DNA of 64,000 bases from Occultella glacieicola (GCF_004353825.1 NZ_SMNA01000002.1:310001-374000), one strand, 5' to 3'; positions 28,554-39,345 are shown, counted from the first letter of the stretch. The notes: a model not told the origin generated them from the letters alone. Numbers and translations: made by a program.

Positions 28554-28599
28554 GCGACCGCGCGCGTGCGACGTCGGCGGGCGGTGCGAGAGTAGGGGC

Positions 28600-29364
28600 A
28601 TGTGCGGACGCTACGCCTCGTTCCGGGAGGCCCAGGACCTCGCCGATGCCTTCGACGTGGAGGAGGTCACCGATGCGGCCGCCCAGGTCGCTGCCAACTA
28701 CAACGTCGCTCCCACGGACCCGGTCCGGATCGTCCTGGACCGGGCGCCGAAGCCGGCGACGGCGGACGTCGAGCAGGGCAGCGACGGCGGCGCTGGGTCC
28801 GCGGTACGGCGGGAGATGCACGCCGCGCGGTGGGGGCTGGTACCGGCCTGGGCGAAGGACCTGTCCGTCGGGGCACGGATGTTCAACGCCCGCAGCGAGT
28901 CGCTCGCCGAGAAGAACGCGTTCCGCAAGCCGCTCGAGGCCAAGCGGTGCATCGTGGTGGCGGACGGCTACTACGAGTGGCTGAAGAAGCCGATCCCGGG
29001 CAGCAGGAAGCTCAGCCGCACCCCGTTCTACATCCATCCGACGGACGGGTCCCCGGTCGCCTTCGCCGGCCTCTACGCCTGGTGGCCGGATCCGTCGAAG
29101 GATGCCGACGACCCCGAGCGGTGGGTCCTGAGCGCCACGATCATCACCGCCGACGCCCGCGACGGGCTCGAGCAGATCCACGACCGGGAGCCCGCGATGC
29201 TGACGCCCGAGGGCGTGGCCACGTGGCTCGACCCGAGGGTGACCGACGCCGGCGAGGCGCTCGCCGTGCTGGCCGCCCCGGCCCCTGCGGTGTCCTGGCA
29301 CGAGGTGGGCGCCCAGGTGGGTTCGGTGCGCAACAACTCCCCCGAGTTGATCCGGGCGATCTGA
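28600..29364 (+). CDS. SOS response-associated peptidase (SRAP/HMCES family, abasic-site protection)
   Basis: N-terminal MCGRY, NYNVAPT, WGLVPAW, FNARSE, ADGYYEW, IHDREP, VGSVRNN. Confidence 0.93.
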   Translation: MCGRYASFREAQDLADAFDVEEVTDAAAQVAANYNVAPTDPVRIVLDRAPKPATADVEQGSDGGAGSAVRREMHAARWGLVPAWAKDLSVGARMFNARSESLAEKNAFRKPLEAKRCIVVADGYYEWLKKPIPGSRKLSRTPFYIHPTDGSPVAFAGLYAWWPDPSKDADDPERWVLSATIITADARDGLEQIHDREPAMLTPEGVATWLDPRVTDAGEALAVLAAPAPAVSWHEVGAQVGSVRNNSPELIRAI

Positions 29365-29406
29365 AACGCGGCGCGTCGTGCGGGCGTGACGGGTACCGTT
29401 CGGCAC

Positions 29407-30387
29407 GTGAATATCGCCGTGACCGGTTCCATCGCCATGGACCACCTGATGACCTTCCCCGGGCGCTTCGCCGACTCGCTCCTCGCCGAGCAGCTCGACC
29501 GGGTGTCGCTGTCGTTCCTGGTCGAGGAGCTCGAGATCAAGCGCGGTGGGGTCGCCCCGAACATCTGCTTCGGGCTGGCCGCGCTCGGCCTGACGCCGCT
29601 GCTGGTGGGTTCCGTCGGTGCGGACTTCGACGACTACCGGGCCTGGCTCGACCGGCATGGCGTGGCCACCTGGCCGGTGCAGGTCTCCGAGACGGCGCAC
29701 ACCGCCCGGTTCGTGTGCACCACCGACTCCGACAACGCCCAGATCGGATCGTTCTACACCGGTGCGATGGCCGAGGCCCGGGAGATCGAGCTGCGGCCGA
29801 TCGAGGCGCGCGCAGGCCGGATCGACCTGGTGATGGTCGGTCCGAACGACCCGGAGGCGATGGTCCGGCACACCGAGGAATGCCGCACCCGGGGCTACGC
29901 GTTCCTCGCGGACCCGTCCCAGCAGGTCGCCTGGATGGACGGCGACACGATCCGCAGCCTCATCGACGGGGCCACCTACCTGTTCTCCAACGACTACGAG
30001 GACTCGGTGATCCAGCAGAAGACCGGCTGGAACCACGAGGACATCCTCGCCCGGGTGCAACACCGGGTGATCACCCGCGGCAAGGAGGGCTCGAGCATCT
30101 ACACCGGGTCCGAACGGATCGACGTGCCGATCGCCCGTGAGGAGGTCACCCTCGACCCGACCGGCATGGGCGACGCGTTCCGGGCCGGCTTCGTGGCCGG
30201 ACTGTCGTGGGGGGTGAGTCTGGAACGGTGCGCACAGATCGGCTCGCTCCTGGCCAGTTACGTGATCGCCGTGACCGGCACGCAGGAGTACCGGTTCGGC
30301 AACACCTTCCTCAAGAGGTTCACCGCCGCCTACGGCGACGCCGCCGCCGACGAGGTCGCCCCCCGGATGCGCGACCTGCGCCTCTGA
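29407..30387 (+). CDS. adoK: PfkB family kinase, actinobacterial adenosine kinase-like
   Basis: IAVTGSIAMDHLMTFPGRF, VSLSFLV, RGGVAPN, DPTGMGDAFRAG resemble mycobacterial AdoK. Confidence 0.78.
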   Translation: MNIAVTGSIAMDHLMTFPGRFADSLLAEQLDRVSLSFLVEELEIKRGGVAPNICFGLAALGLTPLLVGSVGADFDDYRAWLDRHGVATWPVQVSETAHTARFVCTTDSDNAQIGSFYTGAMAEAREIELRPIEARAGRIDLVMVGPNDPEAMVRHTEECRTRGYAFLADPSQQVAWMDGDTIRSLIDGATYLFSNDYEDSVIQQKTGWNHEDILARVQHRVITRGKEGSSIYTGSERIDVPIAREEVTLDPTGMGDAFRAGFVAGLSWGVSLERCAQIGSLLASYVIAVTGTQEYRFGNTFLKRFTAAYGDAAADEVAPRMRDLRL

Positions 30388-30476
30388 CCGACGGCACCCA
30401 GCAACGGATCCGGTCGCGGTGCGCGACACCGGGCCGACCCTGGCGCCGGGGCGACCGATCGTGCTATTTTGAAGTG

Positions 30477-31064
30477 GTGTCCAAGGGTGCCGTCACGAAG
30501 CAGGCGATCCTGCGCGAGGGCGTCGAGACCGCCTACCGCGTGGGCCTCGGCGGCCTGACCATCGGCGTCCTGGCCACCGCCTGCGGCCTGAGCAAGAGCG
30601 GGCTGTACGCCCACTTCTCCTCCAAGACGGCGCTGCAGCTGGCGGTCCTGGACCGCGCCCGCGCCGACTACGCCGAGACCGTGCTGATCCCGGCTCTGGC
30701 GACCCCGCGCGGCGAGCCGCGGGTCCGCGCCGTGTTCGAGCGGTGGATCCGGCTCGGTCTGGAACGCCAGGCCGGCGGATGCCTCTTCGTCAAGGCCTCC
30801 GTGGAGCTCGACGAGCAGCCCGGCCCCGTGCGCGATCAACTGGTGCGTGACCACCGCGACCTCGACGAGGCGATCGCCCAGATCTTCCGCACCGGCATCA
30901 GCGAGGGGCAGTTCCGCTCCGACGCCGACCCGGACCAGTTCGCCGTGGATCTGATGGGCACGATGCTCGCCTTCTACCACTATCACCGCCTGCTCGACGA
31001 CGGCGCTGCCGAGGCCAGAGCACGTCGTTCGTTCGAGCATCTGCTGGACGCCGTCCGCGCCTGA
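30477..31064 (+). CDS. TetR family transcriptional regulator
   Basis: HTH LTIGVLATACGLSKSGLYAHFSSK, GGCLFV..ELDEQPGPVRD. Confidence 0.9.
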   Translation: MSKGAVTKQAILREGVETAYRVGLGGLTIGVLATACGLSKSGLYAHFSSKTALQLAVLDRARADYAETVLIPALATPRGEPRVRAVFERWIRLGLERQAGGCLFVKASVELDEQPGPVRDQLVRDHRDLDEAIAQIFRTGISEGQFRSDADPDQFAVDLMGTMLAFYHYHRLLDDGAAEARARRSFEHLLDAVRA

Positions 31065-31080
31065 CCGACCGGGGAGAGCC

Positions 31081-31992
31081 ATGTCAACGCCTACGAACAC
31101 GAAAAGCACGAACGTTCGTCCTACCGATCGATTGCGACTCAGGGCCCTGCGGCTGGGCTTCGGCACCCTGGACCGGTTCGCGCCCGAGCTCGGCGCACGG
31201 TGGGCGGTGCGGGTGTGGGCCACCCTGCCGAGCACCCGCGGCCGGCGCCGTGACGCCCGGCCGGTGGATCTCCCGGGCACCCGGGCGGACACCCGGCTGC
31301 CGGGCGGGGCCCTGCTGGCGGTCGAGACCTGGGGCGAGGGCCCGCCGGTCTACCTGATGCACGGCTGGGGCGGATGGCGCGGACAGTTGGGCGCGTTCGT
31401 CGCGCCCCTCGTGGCCGCCGGCCACCGCGTCGTGGCCTTCGACGCGCCGAGTCACGGAGACTCCGGGCCCAGCGCCCTCGGAAGGGGCCGGGCGACGGCC
31501 CTCGAGTTCGCCGACGCCCTGCGCGCCACGGTCGCGGCGCACGGGGCGCCCCACGCCGTCGTCGCCCACTCCCTGGGCGGTTCCGCTGCCACCATGGCCG
31601 TGCGGGACGGCCTCGACCCGGGCCGGCTGGTCCTGATCGCGGCGAGCCCGAACCCCATCGCCCTCACGGCCGCACTTCCCCGCACCCTCGGCTACTCCGA
31701 ACGCACCGCGGTCCGCTTTGACCGCCGGCTCACCGCCCTCGCCGGGCGCCCGCTGGGCGACTTCGACGCACGAACGATGACCCCGTCGGACCTGCCGACG
31801 ATGATCATCCACGACCGGAACGACAAGGAGGTCCCCTACACCGAGGGCGCCGACCTGGCCGCGGCATGGCCGGCCGCCCGGTTCGTGAGCACCGAGTCGT
31901 TCGGTCACCAGCGCATCCTGGCCGCCGAGCCGGTGCTGGCCGTCGTCCGTGACTTCGTCACCGACCGGGCAGCGGCCACCTACCCCGGCTGA
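31081..31992 (+). CDS. Alpha/beta hydrolase
   Basis: LMHGWGG, FDAPSHG, nucleophile elbow AHSLGG, HDRNDKEVP, GHQRIL. Confidence 0.9.
   Translation: MSTPTNTKSTNVRPTDRLRLRALRLGFGTLDRFAPELGARWAVRVWATLPSTRGRRRDARPVDLPGTRADTRLPGGALLAVETWGEGPPVYLMHGWGGWRGQLGAFVAPLVAAGHRVVAFDAPSHGDSGPSALGRGRATALEFADALRATVAAHGAPHAVVAHSLGGSAATMAVRDGLDPGRLVLIAASPNPIALTAALPRTLGYSERTAVRFDRRLTALAGRPLGDFDARTMTPSDLPTMIIHDRNDKEVPYTEGADLAAAWPAARFVSTESFGHQRILAAEPVLAVVRDFVTDRAAATYPG
31105..31122. promoter_or_regulatory. Intragenic palindrome, candidate TetR operator
   Basis: AGCACGAACGTTCGTCCT; related site CGACCGATCGTGCTA at 30452-30466 overlaps the tetR -10 region. Confidence 0.5.
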
Positions 31993-32142
31993 GCAGGTCC
32001 GCGCAGGCACGCGGCGGCGTCGGTGACCGCGCACTCGCGCACCGGATGCCCGGCCCCGTCCCGGAGGGTGACCGTCGATGGCCCATGCCGATTCCCGCGC
32101 ACGAACGGTTGCGCCCGGCCGCGCACCTGCGAGGCTCGTCGC

Positions 32143-33141
32143 ATGCGTTATGTGATGATCGGGGCCGGCGCCGTGGGCGGGACGATCGGCGGAAGGCTCG
32201 CCGGGGCGGGGCGGGAGGTGGCGCTCGTCGCCCGCGGTGCGCACGCCCGCGCGCTCGTGGCCGACGGCCTGCGCCTCGAGACACCCGACGGCACCCACAC
32301 CCACCGGCTGCCGGTGGTGACCACCCCCGCCGAACTGGGCGAGCTGCGTGCGGACGACGTGCTCGTCCTCGCCGTCAAGACGCAGGACTCGGCGGCCGCC
32401 CTCGTGGACTGGGCGCAGCGGCCGGTGCGCGGTGGCGGGACGGCCGCTGCACGGCTGCCGGTGCTCTGCGCCCAGAACGGCGTGGAGAACGAACGTCTCG
32501 CTCTGCGCGCGTTCCGCCGCGTGTACGGCGTGTGCGTCTGGCTGCCCGCCAGCCACCTGCAGCCGGGGCTGGTATCCGCCCCGGCGGCGCCGCTGAGCGG
32601 TGTGCTCCACCTCGGCGCCTATCCGGGTGGTGTGGACCCCCTGGCGCACGCCGTCTCCGCGGACCTGGAGGACGCCTGGTTCGAATCACCCGTGGTCGCG
32701 GACGTGATGCGGTGGAAGTACGCGAAACTCCTCGCCAACCTCGGGAACGCGATCGAGGCCCTGACCGGGCCGGTGCAGTCCGAGGCGGCGCACGAGGTCC
32801 TTGCCCTGGCCCGCGCCGAGGGCAGCGCCGTGCTGGCCGCCGCCGGGATCCCGGTCGTGCCCGAGGCCGAGCAGACCGCGGTGCGTGGCGACAAGATGCG
32901 TCTTCAGGCGATGGCCTCGGGTGCGCGCGGTGGCGGCTCGTCGTGGCAGTCGCTGCGTCGCGGGACCGGCACGATCGAGGCGGACTACCTCAACGGGGAG
33001 ATCGTGCTGCTCGGGCGACTCCACGGCGTGCCGACCCCGGCGAACGCCGCCCTGCAACGCCTCGCGGGCGCCGCGGCGCGGGATCGCCGGCCGCCGGCGG
33101 CGATGACCGTGGCGGAACTCGTCGCGGCACTCGGGGCATGA
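32143..33141 (+). CDS. Ketopantoate reductase (ApbA/PanE) family protein
   Basis: IGAGAVGG, LAVKTQD, AQNGV, WKYAKLLANL, SSWQSL..EADYLNGEI. Confidence 0.88.
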   Translation: MRYVMIGAGAVGGTIGGRLAGAGREVALVARGAHARALVADGLRLETPDGTHTHRLPVVTTPAELGELRADDVLVLAVKTQDSAAALVDWAQRPVRGGGTAAARLPVLCAQNGVENERLALRAFRRVYGVCVWLPASHLQPGLVSAPAAPLSGVLHLGAYPGGVDPLAHAVSADLEDAWFESPVVADVMRWKYAKLLANLGNAIEALTGPVQSEAAHEVLALARAEGSAVLAAAGIPVVPEAEQTAVRGDKMRLQAMASGARGGGSSWQSLRRGTGTIEADYLNGEIVLLGRLHGVPTPANAALQRLAGAAARDRRPPAAMTVAELVAALGA

Positions 33142-33160
33142 GCTGGATGCCCGACCCCCT

Positions 33161-33187
33161 GTCGCCGGTGCCATGGGCACCGGCGAC
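33161..33187 (+). terminator. Stem-loop after the ketopantoate reductase gene
   Basis: GTCGCCGGTGCC-ATG-GGCACCGGCGAC perfect 12-bp stem. Confidence 0.6.
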
Positions 33188-33192
33188 CGCTG

Positions 33193-33260
33193 TAGTCCCT
33201 CGGGCTGACCTCGCCTTCCACCCGCGGCGGGACGCCCCCGCGGGTACCGGCTCCTAGGCT
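33193..33260 (+). promoter_or_regulatory. Tandem response-regulator boxes and -10 element upstream of the sensor kinase
   Basis: TAGTCCCTCGGGCTGA (33193), TCCACCCGCGGCGGGA (33217), TAGGCT (33255); same layout at 35414-35482. Confidence 0.55.
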
Positions 33261-33266
33261 GGGTCT

Positions 33267-34688
33267 ATGAGTGCCCCTGCCCAGCCGCCGGAGGCGTGGA
33301 CGAGCCGGGTCACGCCGAATGCGGTCGACGCCGTGCTCGCCGCCGTCGCGGTGCTCGTGGTCGGACTGCCGTCCCTCGCGCTGTCGGCAGCCTTCGGGTA
33401 CCCGACGGCCGGCGCGATCGTCGGCGGCCTGGCCTCCCTCGTGATGCCGGCCGCGGTCGGCTGGCGACGCAGCCACCCGGTGCCGTCGGCCGTCGCCGTG
33501 TACGCGGCGGCTCTGGTCCACGTCGTCGCCGGGGCACCCTTGATCTTCGCGGACTCGATGATCTTCGTGGCCCTGTACTCGGTCACCGTCTACGGGCCGA
33601 TCTGGGCACGGCGCACGGCGCTCGGGTCGGCACTGTTCGGGTGTCTGATCCTGAGCCTGCTGTTCTCGACCACGTCCGGGCAGGCGCCGCTCGACTCGCT
33701 GGTGACCGCCGGGGCGGCGATGGCGTTCCTGTCCGCGCTCGTGATGATCACCTGGGCGATCGCGATGGTGCGCAAGTCGCGCGTGGACCGCGTGGAGTCG
33801 CTCGCCGAGCGGGCGGCCCGTCTCGAGATCGAACGCGACCAGCAGGCGCAGATCGCCACGGCCGCCGAGCGGGCCCGGATCGCCCGCGAGATGCATGACA
33901 TCGTGGCGCACTCGCTGTCCGTGGTCATCGCCCAGGCCGACGGCGGCCGGTACGCCGCGCCCGCGGACCCGGAGGCGGCCACCCGTGCCCTCACCACCAT
34001 CTCCGAGACCGGGCGGGCCGCCCTGGCGGACATGCGCCGGATCCTCGGCGTGCTGCGCAATGACGAGGCACGCGAGGGCGACCTCATCCCCCAGCCGGAC
34101 GACTCGAACCTGGACACGCTCGCCGAGCATGTCCGCGACACCGGCCTGCAGGTCTCCGTGGTCCGGGTGGGCGTGGCTCGGGCGATGCCGCCCGGCGCGG
34201 GCCTGACCGTCTACCGGATCGCCCAGGAGGCGCTCACGAACATCCTCAAGCACGCCGGTCCGGGCGCGCATGCGACCCTCCTGGTCCAGTGGACCCCGGT
34301 CGGTCTGGTGCTCCAGATCGATGACGACGGTCGGGGTGCCGCCGCGTCCAGCGACGGCGCCGGTCACGGGCTGCTCGGCATGCGCGAGCGCACCGCGATG
34401 CTCGGCGGCACCCTCGCCGCCGGCCCGCGGGCCGGCGGCGGGTACCGGGTCCGCGCCGAGATCCCCCTTCCCGGCGGTCACGGGCCGCAGCCGACCCCGG
34501 CGACGGCGCCACTGGCCCCCGCCTCGCGGCCCCCCCTCCCGCCGGCGGCCGGGTCGAGCCCCGCGACGGCGCCACCCAACCCGGTTGCGCCGCCGACACC
34601 GACGACGTGGGTCGGGCCGGCGCCGACTCCCCCACCAGGGCCCCCGGGCCCACCCGATCCGAACCCAGTGAAGGGCCCCACCGCATGA
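33267..34688 (+). CDS. Membrane sensor histidine kinase (HisKA_3 type) with Pro-rich tail
   Basis: ERARIAREMHDIVAHSLS, YRIAQEALTNILKHA, DDDGRG, GHGLLGMRER. Confidence 0.92.
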   Translation: MSAPAQPPEAWTSRVTPNAVDAVLAAVAVLVVGLPSLALSAAFGYPTAGAIVGGLASLVMPAAVGWRRSHPVPSAVAVYAAALVHVVAGAPLIFADSMIFVALYSVTVYGPIWARRTALGSALFGCLILSLLFSTTSGQAPLDSLVTAGAAMAFLSALVMITWAIAMVRKSRVDRVESLAERAARLEIERDQQAQIATAAERARIAREMHDIVAHSLSVVIAQADGGRYAAPADPEAATRALTTISETGRAALADMRRILGVLRNDEAREGDLIPQPDDSNLDTLAEHVRDTGLQVSVVRVGVARAMPPGAGLTVYRIAQEALTNILKHAGPGAHATLLVQWTPVGLVLQIDDDGRGAAASSDGAGHGLLGMRERTAMLGGTLAAGPRAGGGYRVRAEIPLPGGHGPQPTPATAPLAPASRPPLPPAAGSSPATAPPNPVAPPTPTTWVGPAPTPPPGPPGPPDPNPVKGPTA

Positions 34689-35398
34689 CGCTCGACGGCG
34701 ACTCCTCCGACGTCCCCACCGCACCGATCCGTGTCGCGCTCGTCGACGACCAGCAGCTCGTCAGGGCCGGGTTCGCCCTGGTGATCAACTCCCAGCCGGA
34801 CCTCGAGGTCGTTCTCGAGGCCAGCGACGGCGCCCAGGCGCTACGGCTGCTCACCTCCCACGAGGTGGACGTGGTACTCATGGACGTCCGGATGCCGCAG
34901 ATGGACGGCCTGGCCGCCACCGCCGCACTGACCGACCCGGACACCCACCGGCAGGGCAGCGTCCCGAAGGTGGTCATCCTCACCACGTTCGACCTCGACG
35001 AGTACGTCCTGCGCGCCATCAAGGCCGGCGCGAGCGGGTTCCTGCTCAAGGACACCCCACCGGAGGAGATGCTCGCCGCGATCCGCACCGTGCACCACGG
35101 GGACGCGGTGATCGCCCCCTCCAGCACCCGGCGACTGATCGAGCACCTCGCGACAGTGCTCCCGGACGAGCAGAAGGCGCCCGCCGCCGTCCTCGACGCC
35201 CTCACCGACCGCGAGCGGGAGGTCCTGGTCCTGATGGCCCGCGGGCGTACGAACACCGAGATCGCCCGCGACCTGTTCGTGGCCGAGGCCACGGTGAAGA
35301 CGCACGTCGGTCGCGTGCTCGCGAAGCTCGGCGTCCGCGACCGCGTCCAGGCCGTGGTGACCGCCTACGAGACCGGACTGGTCAGCCCAGGCGCCTGA
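34685..35398 (+). CDS. NarL/LuxR family response regulator
   Basis: LVDDQQLVRAG, DVVLMDVRMP, LTDREREVL, TVKTHVGRVLAKL. Confidence 0.93.
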   Translation: MTLDGDSSDVPTAPIRVALVDDQQLVRAGFALVINSQPDLEVVLEASDGAQALRLLTSHEVDVVLMDVRMPQMDGLAATAALTDPDTHRQGSVPKVVILTTFDLDEYVLRAIKAGASGFLLKDTPPEEMLAAIRTVHHGDAVIAPSSTRRLIEHLATVLPDEQKAPAAVLDALTDREREVLVLMARGRTNTEIARDLFVAEATVKTHVGRVLAKLGVRDRVQAVVTAYETGLVSPGA

Positions 35399-35413
35399 CG
35401 CCGTCGGGCCGGG

Positions 35414-35482
35414 TCCACCCACGGGATGATCCGCGAACCCACCCGGGGCGCGACGCGGGCGGCACCCGCCCGCTCGTAGGTT
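35414..35482 (+). promoter_or_regulatory. Tandem response-regulator boxes and -10 element upstream of the ABC exporter
   Basis: TCCACCCACGGGATGA (35414), CCCACCCGGGGCGCGA (35438), TAGGTT (35477). Confidence 0.55.
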
Positions 35483-35489
35483 CGTGAAC

Positions 35490-36263
35490 ATGACCTCACC
35501 AGTGCCTGCCAGCGAATCCACGAGTGCCGTGCGCGCCGTCGACCTGACCAAGATCTACGGCGAGGGCGAGGTGGCCGTGACCGCCCTCGACCACGTCGAC
35601 GTCACCTTCGACCGCGGCGTCTTCACGGCGATCATGGGCCCGAGCGGGTCCGGCAAGTCCACGCTGATGCATCTGCTCGCGGGCCTGGACAGCGCCACCT
35701 CCGGCCAGGTGATCCTCGGTGACGTCGACATCACCACACTCACCGACAAGCAGCTGACGATCCTGCGCCGCGAGCGCGTCGGGTTCGTGTTCCAGTCCTT
35801 CAACCTGCTGCCGATGTTCACGGCCGAGCAGAACATCGCGCTCCCCTCCGAGCTGGCCAACAGCGCCGCGGATCCCGCGTGGCTGGACCTGCTCGTGGAC
35901 ACCTTCGGGCTGCGGGACCGGCTCACCCACAAGCCCCACCAGCTCTCCGGAGGGCAGCAGCAGCGCGTCGCCATCGCCCGCGCGCTGAGCACCCGACCGC
36001 ACGTGATCTTCGCCGACGAGCCGACCGGCAATCTCGACTCCCGCTCCGGCGCGGAGGTGCTCTCGTTCCTGCGCCGCTCGGTGCGCGAACTCGGCCAGAC
36101 CATCGTCATGGTCACGCACGACCCCACCGCGGCCGCGTACGCGGACCGGGTCGTGATGCTCGCCGACGGCCGCATCGCCGGCACGATCGAGGACCCCACC
36201 CCGGAGTCGGTCCTGGCCGGCCTCGACGCGCTCCGCGGGCTCGAGACCCAGGTGGCCCGCTGA
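35490..36263 (+). CDS. ABC transporter ATP-binding protein (LolD/MacB type)
   Basis: [38 protein letters not shown]. Confidence 0.92.
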   Translation: MTSPVPASESTSAVRAVDLTKIYGEGEVAVTALDHVDVTFDRGVFTAIMGPSGSGKSTLMHLLAGLDSATSGQVILGDVDITTLTDKQLTILRRERVGFVFQSFNLLPMFTAEQNIALPSELANSAADPAWLDLLVDTFGLRDRLTHKPHQLSGGQQQRVAIARALSTRPHVIFADEPTGNLDSRSGAEVLSFLRRSVRELGQTIVMVTHDPTAAAYADRVVMLADGRIAGTIEDPTPESVLAGLDALRGLETQVAR

Positions 36264-38863
36264 TGCTACGACTGACGCTGGCGCAGATGCGCACGTCCGC
36301 CGGCAGGCTGGCCGCCGCGGGCATCGCGATCGTGCTCGGCACCGCGTTCGTGGCGGTGACCCTGCTCGCCTCGGCCACCCTGGAGCAGACGACCCACAAC
36401 GCGGTCACCGCGCAGCTCGCGGACGCCGACCTCGTGGTCAACGACTCCACCTGGAGCCTGGACGCCGACGAGCTCGACCGGATCCGGCGAGCCGACGGCG
36501 TGGCCGCAGCCGACCCGACGTCCTCCTTCTCGGTCGAGGTCGACGCCGGTGGACGCACCGAGTGGCTGAACGTGGGCGCCGTAGCCGGCGACCCGCGGCT
36601 GTCCCCGGCCGTCTACACCCAGGGGTCCGCACCGGCGGCGCCCGGGGAGATGTCGCTCGGCGTCGGCATCGCCGAGCGGCTCGCCGTGCAGCCCGGTGAC
36701 GCGGTCGAGGTGACCTGGGAGTCGTGGGTCCCCGACGCCGAGGACCCCGAGGACGGTGTCTGGGCACCGCATGCGCAGACCGTCCGGATCACCGGCCTGA
36801 TCGAGGAGAACAGCGGCCTCGCCTACGGCTCCCCGAACGCGTACGTGCCCGCGGACGAGTTCGCCAGATGGGAGGGCACGACGTACCCCGACGACGCCGC
36901 CGCGACCTGGTCCTCGATCCTGATCGCTCTCGAGGACGGCGCGGACGTCGAGGCGACCCGCGCGGTCATCGCCGCAGAACTGGCCCCTGACAGTTCGGCC
37001 GAGGTCCTCACCGTGGCCGAACAGGCCGAACGCAAGACGGCGGAGATCACCGGCAACGAGGTCACGTTCGTGGTGCTGCCGCTGGGTTTCGCGGCCGTTG
37101 CGCTCGCCGTCGCCGCGCTCGTCATCGCGAACACGTTCCAGGTGCTGGTGGCCCAGCGCACCCGGAGCCTGGCCCTGCTGCGGTGCGTCGGCGCCACGAA
37201 GGAGCAGGTCCGCTCGACCGTCCTCATCGAGGCGATCGTGGTCGGCCTGGCGTCCTCGATCGCCGGTCTCGTCCTCGGCACGGTCCTGATGGCCGTCGGG
37301 CTCGCCGTGTTGGCCGGGCTGAACCTGGACGTCCCGCTCGACCGCACGCTGCACCTGAACGCGCTCAGCGTGCTGGCGCCCATCGCCGTCGGCACCGTCG
37401 TGACCGTGCTGGCCGCGCTGGTCCCGGCCCGGATGGCCACCAGGGTGGCGCCGCTGGCGGCCCTGCGCCCGGTCGAGGGCGAGCACACCCGTGGGGCCGG
37501 CCGGATCCGGATGGCGTTCGCACTGGTGCTGGTGGCCGGTGGGGTCGGGTTGCTCGTCCTCGCCGTGGCGATCGCCGGCGGCCTCGGTGGCCTCGCCACG
37601 GACGGGGCGCTGCTCCTCGCCCTCGGCGTCGGGGTGCTCGGTGGGCTGAGCGCCGTGCTCGGCCTGCTCATCGGCACGGTGTTCGTGGTGCCCGCGCTGA
37701 TCCGGCTCGCGGGGCGGGTCCTGTCCCGCTGGGTGCCCGGTCGGATCGCCACTGCGAACGCCGTCCGCAACCCGCGCCGCACCGGCGCGACGGCCAGCGC
37801 CCTGTTCATCGGGGTCGCCCTGGTCACCATGATGTCCACGGGTGCGGCCGCAGCCAAGGACAGCCTTGGGGACGCCCTGGCCACCCAGTACCCGGTGGAC
37901 GTGAGCATCTCGGTCGGTGGCCCCGAGGTGGCCCTGGACGCGGCCCAGGTCAACGTGGTCACCGAGACCGACGGGGTGAGCGCCTCGATCCTGGGGAGCG
38001 TGGCGCCGGTGACCCTCGGGATCGACGGGTCCCAGGAGTGGGTGCAGGCCCAGGCCGTGGACCCCGATGACCTGACCGCCGTGCTCCGAGACCCGGGCGT
38101 GGCCGCCGGTCTGGCCGACGACACGATCGTGATGCCGCGCCTCTACGCCGAGTGGTACGACCTCGCCGACGGCGATCGCGTGAGCGTGACCGCCGAGAAC
38201 GGGTCGGAGGTGGAGCTGACGGCCAGGGTGACCGAACTCGGCGGCGTCGATCCGATGGTCACGCCGGCGGCCTTCGCCGCCCTCGGCCTGCCGTTCGTCG
38301 AGAACACGATGGCCGTACGGCTCGCCGACGACGTCGATGCCGTCGAGGTGATCGGCGAGATCCAGTCCGCGCTCACCGACCTCTCCGCGACGACCGACGC
38401 ACCGACCGCCTCCGTGGCCGGGGCCGCCGTCGAGCGCGCCGCCTACACCTCCGTGGTGGACACGCTGCTCGCCGTGGTCCTCGGGATGCTCGCCGTCTCG
38501 GTCGTGATCGCCCTGGTCGGGGTCGCGAACACGCTGTCCCTGTCGGTGTTGGAACGACGGCGGGAGTCGGCCCTGCTGCGCGCGATGGGCCTGACCAGGG
38601 GTCAACTGCGGGGCATGCTCGCCGTGGAGGGCGTTCTGATCGCCGGTGCCGGCGCCGCGCTCGGGATCGTCGCCGGGCTGGGCTTCGGCTGGGCCGGCAC
38701 CGCCGTGATCCTGTCCACGGTGGGCGAGGTCACCCTGGCCGTGCCGTGGCGCGACATCGCGATGGTGGCCCTGGTCGCGGTGCTGGCCGGGCTGGGAGCC
38801 TCGGTGCTGCCCGCCCGCACCGCCGTGCGCACGCCGCCGGTCGCCGCACTCGCGATGGACTGA
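36263..38863 (+). CDS. FtsX-like ABC permease with duplicated domains
   Basis: [61 protein letters not shown] coupling. Confidence 0.9.
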   Translation: MLRLTLAQMRTSAGRLAAAGIAIVLGTAFVAVTLLASATLEQTTHNAVTAQLADADLVVNDSTWSLDADELDRIRRADGVAAADPTSSFSVEVDAGGRTEWLNVGAVAGDPRLSPAVYTQGSAPAAPGEMSLGVGIAERLAVQPGDAVEVTWESWVPDAEDPEDGVWAPHAQTVRITGLIEENSGLAYGSPNAYVPADEFARWEGTTYPDDAAATWSSILIALEDGADVEATRAVIAAELAPDSSAEVLTVAEQAERKTAEITGNEVTFVVLPLGFAAVALAVAALVIANTFQVLVAQRTRSLALLRCVGATKEQVRSTVLIEAIVVGLASSIAGLVLGTVLMAVGLAVLAGLNLDVPLDRTLHLNALSVLAPIAVGTVVTVLAALVPARMATRVAPLAALRPVEGEHTRGAGRIRMAFALVLVAGGVGLLVLAVAIAGGLGGLATDGALLLALGVGVLGGLSAVLGLLIGTVFVVPALIRLAGRVLSRWVPGRIATANAVRNPRRTGATASALFIGVALVTMMSTGAAAAKDSLGDALATQYPVDVSISVGGPEVALDAAQVNVVTETDGVSASILGSVAPVTLGIDGSQEWVQAQAVDPDDLTAVLRDPGVAAGLADDTIVMPRLYAEWYDLADGDRVSVTAENGSEVELTARVTELGGVDPMVTPAAFAALGLPFVENTMAVRLADDVDAVEVIGEIQSALTDLSATTDAPTASVAGAAVERAAYTSVVDTLLAVVLGMLAVSVVIALVGVANTLSLSVLERRRESALLRAMGLTRGQLRGMLAVEGVLIAGAGAALGIVAGLGFGWAGTAVILSTVGEVTLAVPWRDIAMVALVAVLAGLGASVLPARTAVRTPPVAALAMD

Positions 38864-38881
38864 GCCGGGTCCTGCCGAACG

Positions 38882-38924
38882 CCTGCCCGGCACCGGGTCC
38901 GGAGGGGATCCGGTGCCGGGCAGG
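38882..38924. terminator. Bidirectional terminator-like hairpin between convergent genes
   Basis: CCTGCCCGGCACCGGGTCC / GGATCCGGTGCCGGGCAGG. Confidence 0.65.
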
Positions 38925-38930
38925 AGCCGC

Positions 38931-39323
38931 TCACCGGGGGTCGGCGGCGGCCCGAAGGGCCAGCATCACCAGCGGCACCTGCAGGGGCAGCCGCGCCCAC
39001 GCGATCGCTCGCGCTCGAGCGCTGCGGCCCCGCAGGATCCGCACGGTGCGCACATTCGCCGGAAAGACGGCCACCAGGAACGCCGCCGACGCCAGCCCGG
39101 CAACCCGGCGCGTGCGCCGGTTCCACACGGCGCCGGCCAGGACGAGTTCGGTGAGGCCGGAGCCGATCGTCCACGCACGGGCCGGCCCGGGCAGCGTCCG
39201 GGGCACGATGGCATCGAAGGTCCGGGGCCGGATCAGGTGGGTCAGGCCGGTCACGACGAACGTCGCCGACAGCAGGGCGGCCGGGCCGGGGGTGATGCGC
39301 GCGCGGGATGCGTCGGATGCCAT
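38931..39323 (-). CDS. DoxX-like membrane protein
   Basis: GLTHLIRPRTFDAIVPRTLP, SGLTEL, VAVFPANV, ARLPLQVPL. Confidence 0.8.
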   Translation of the reverse strand: MASDASRARITPGPAALLSATFVVTGLTHLIRPRTFDAIVPRTLPGPARAWTIGSGLTELVLAGAVWNRRTRRVAGLASAAFLVAVFPANVRTVRILRGRSARARAIAWARLPLQVPLVMLALRAAADPR

Positions 39324-39345
39324 GGGCGCCCAGCCTACGTCGGCC

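Noticed and set aside
34460..34688. Pro-rich tail of the histidine kinase as a frameshift product
   Set aside because: The catalytic domain is complete and the tail ends in an ATGA overlap with the response regulator, consistent with a real low-complexity extension
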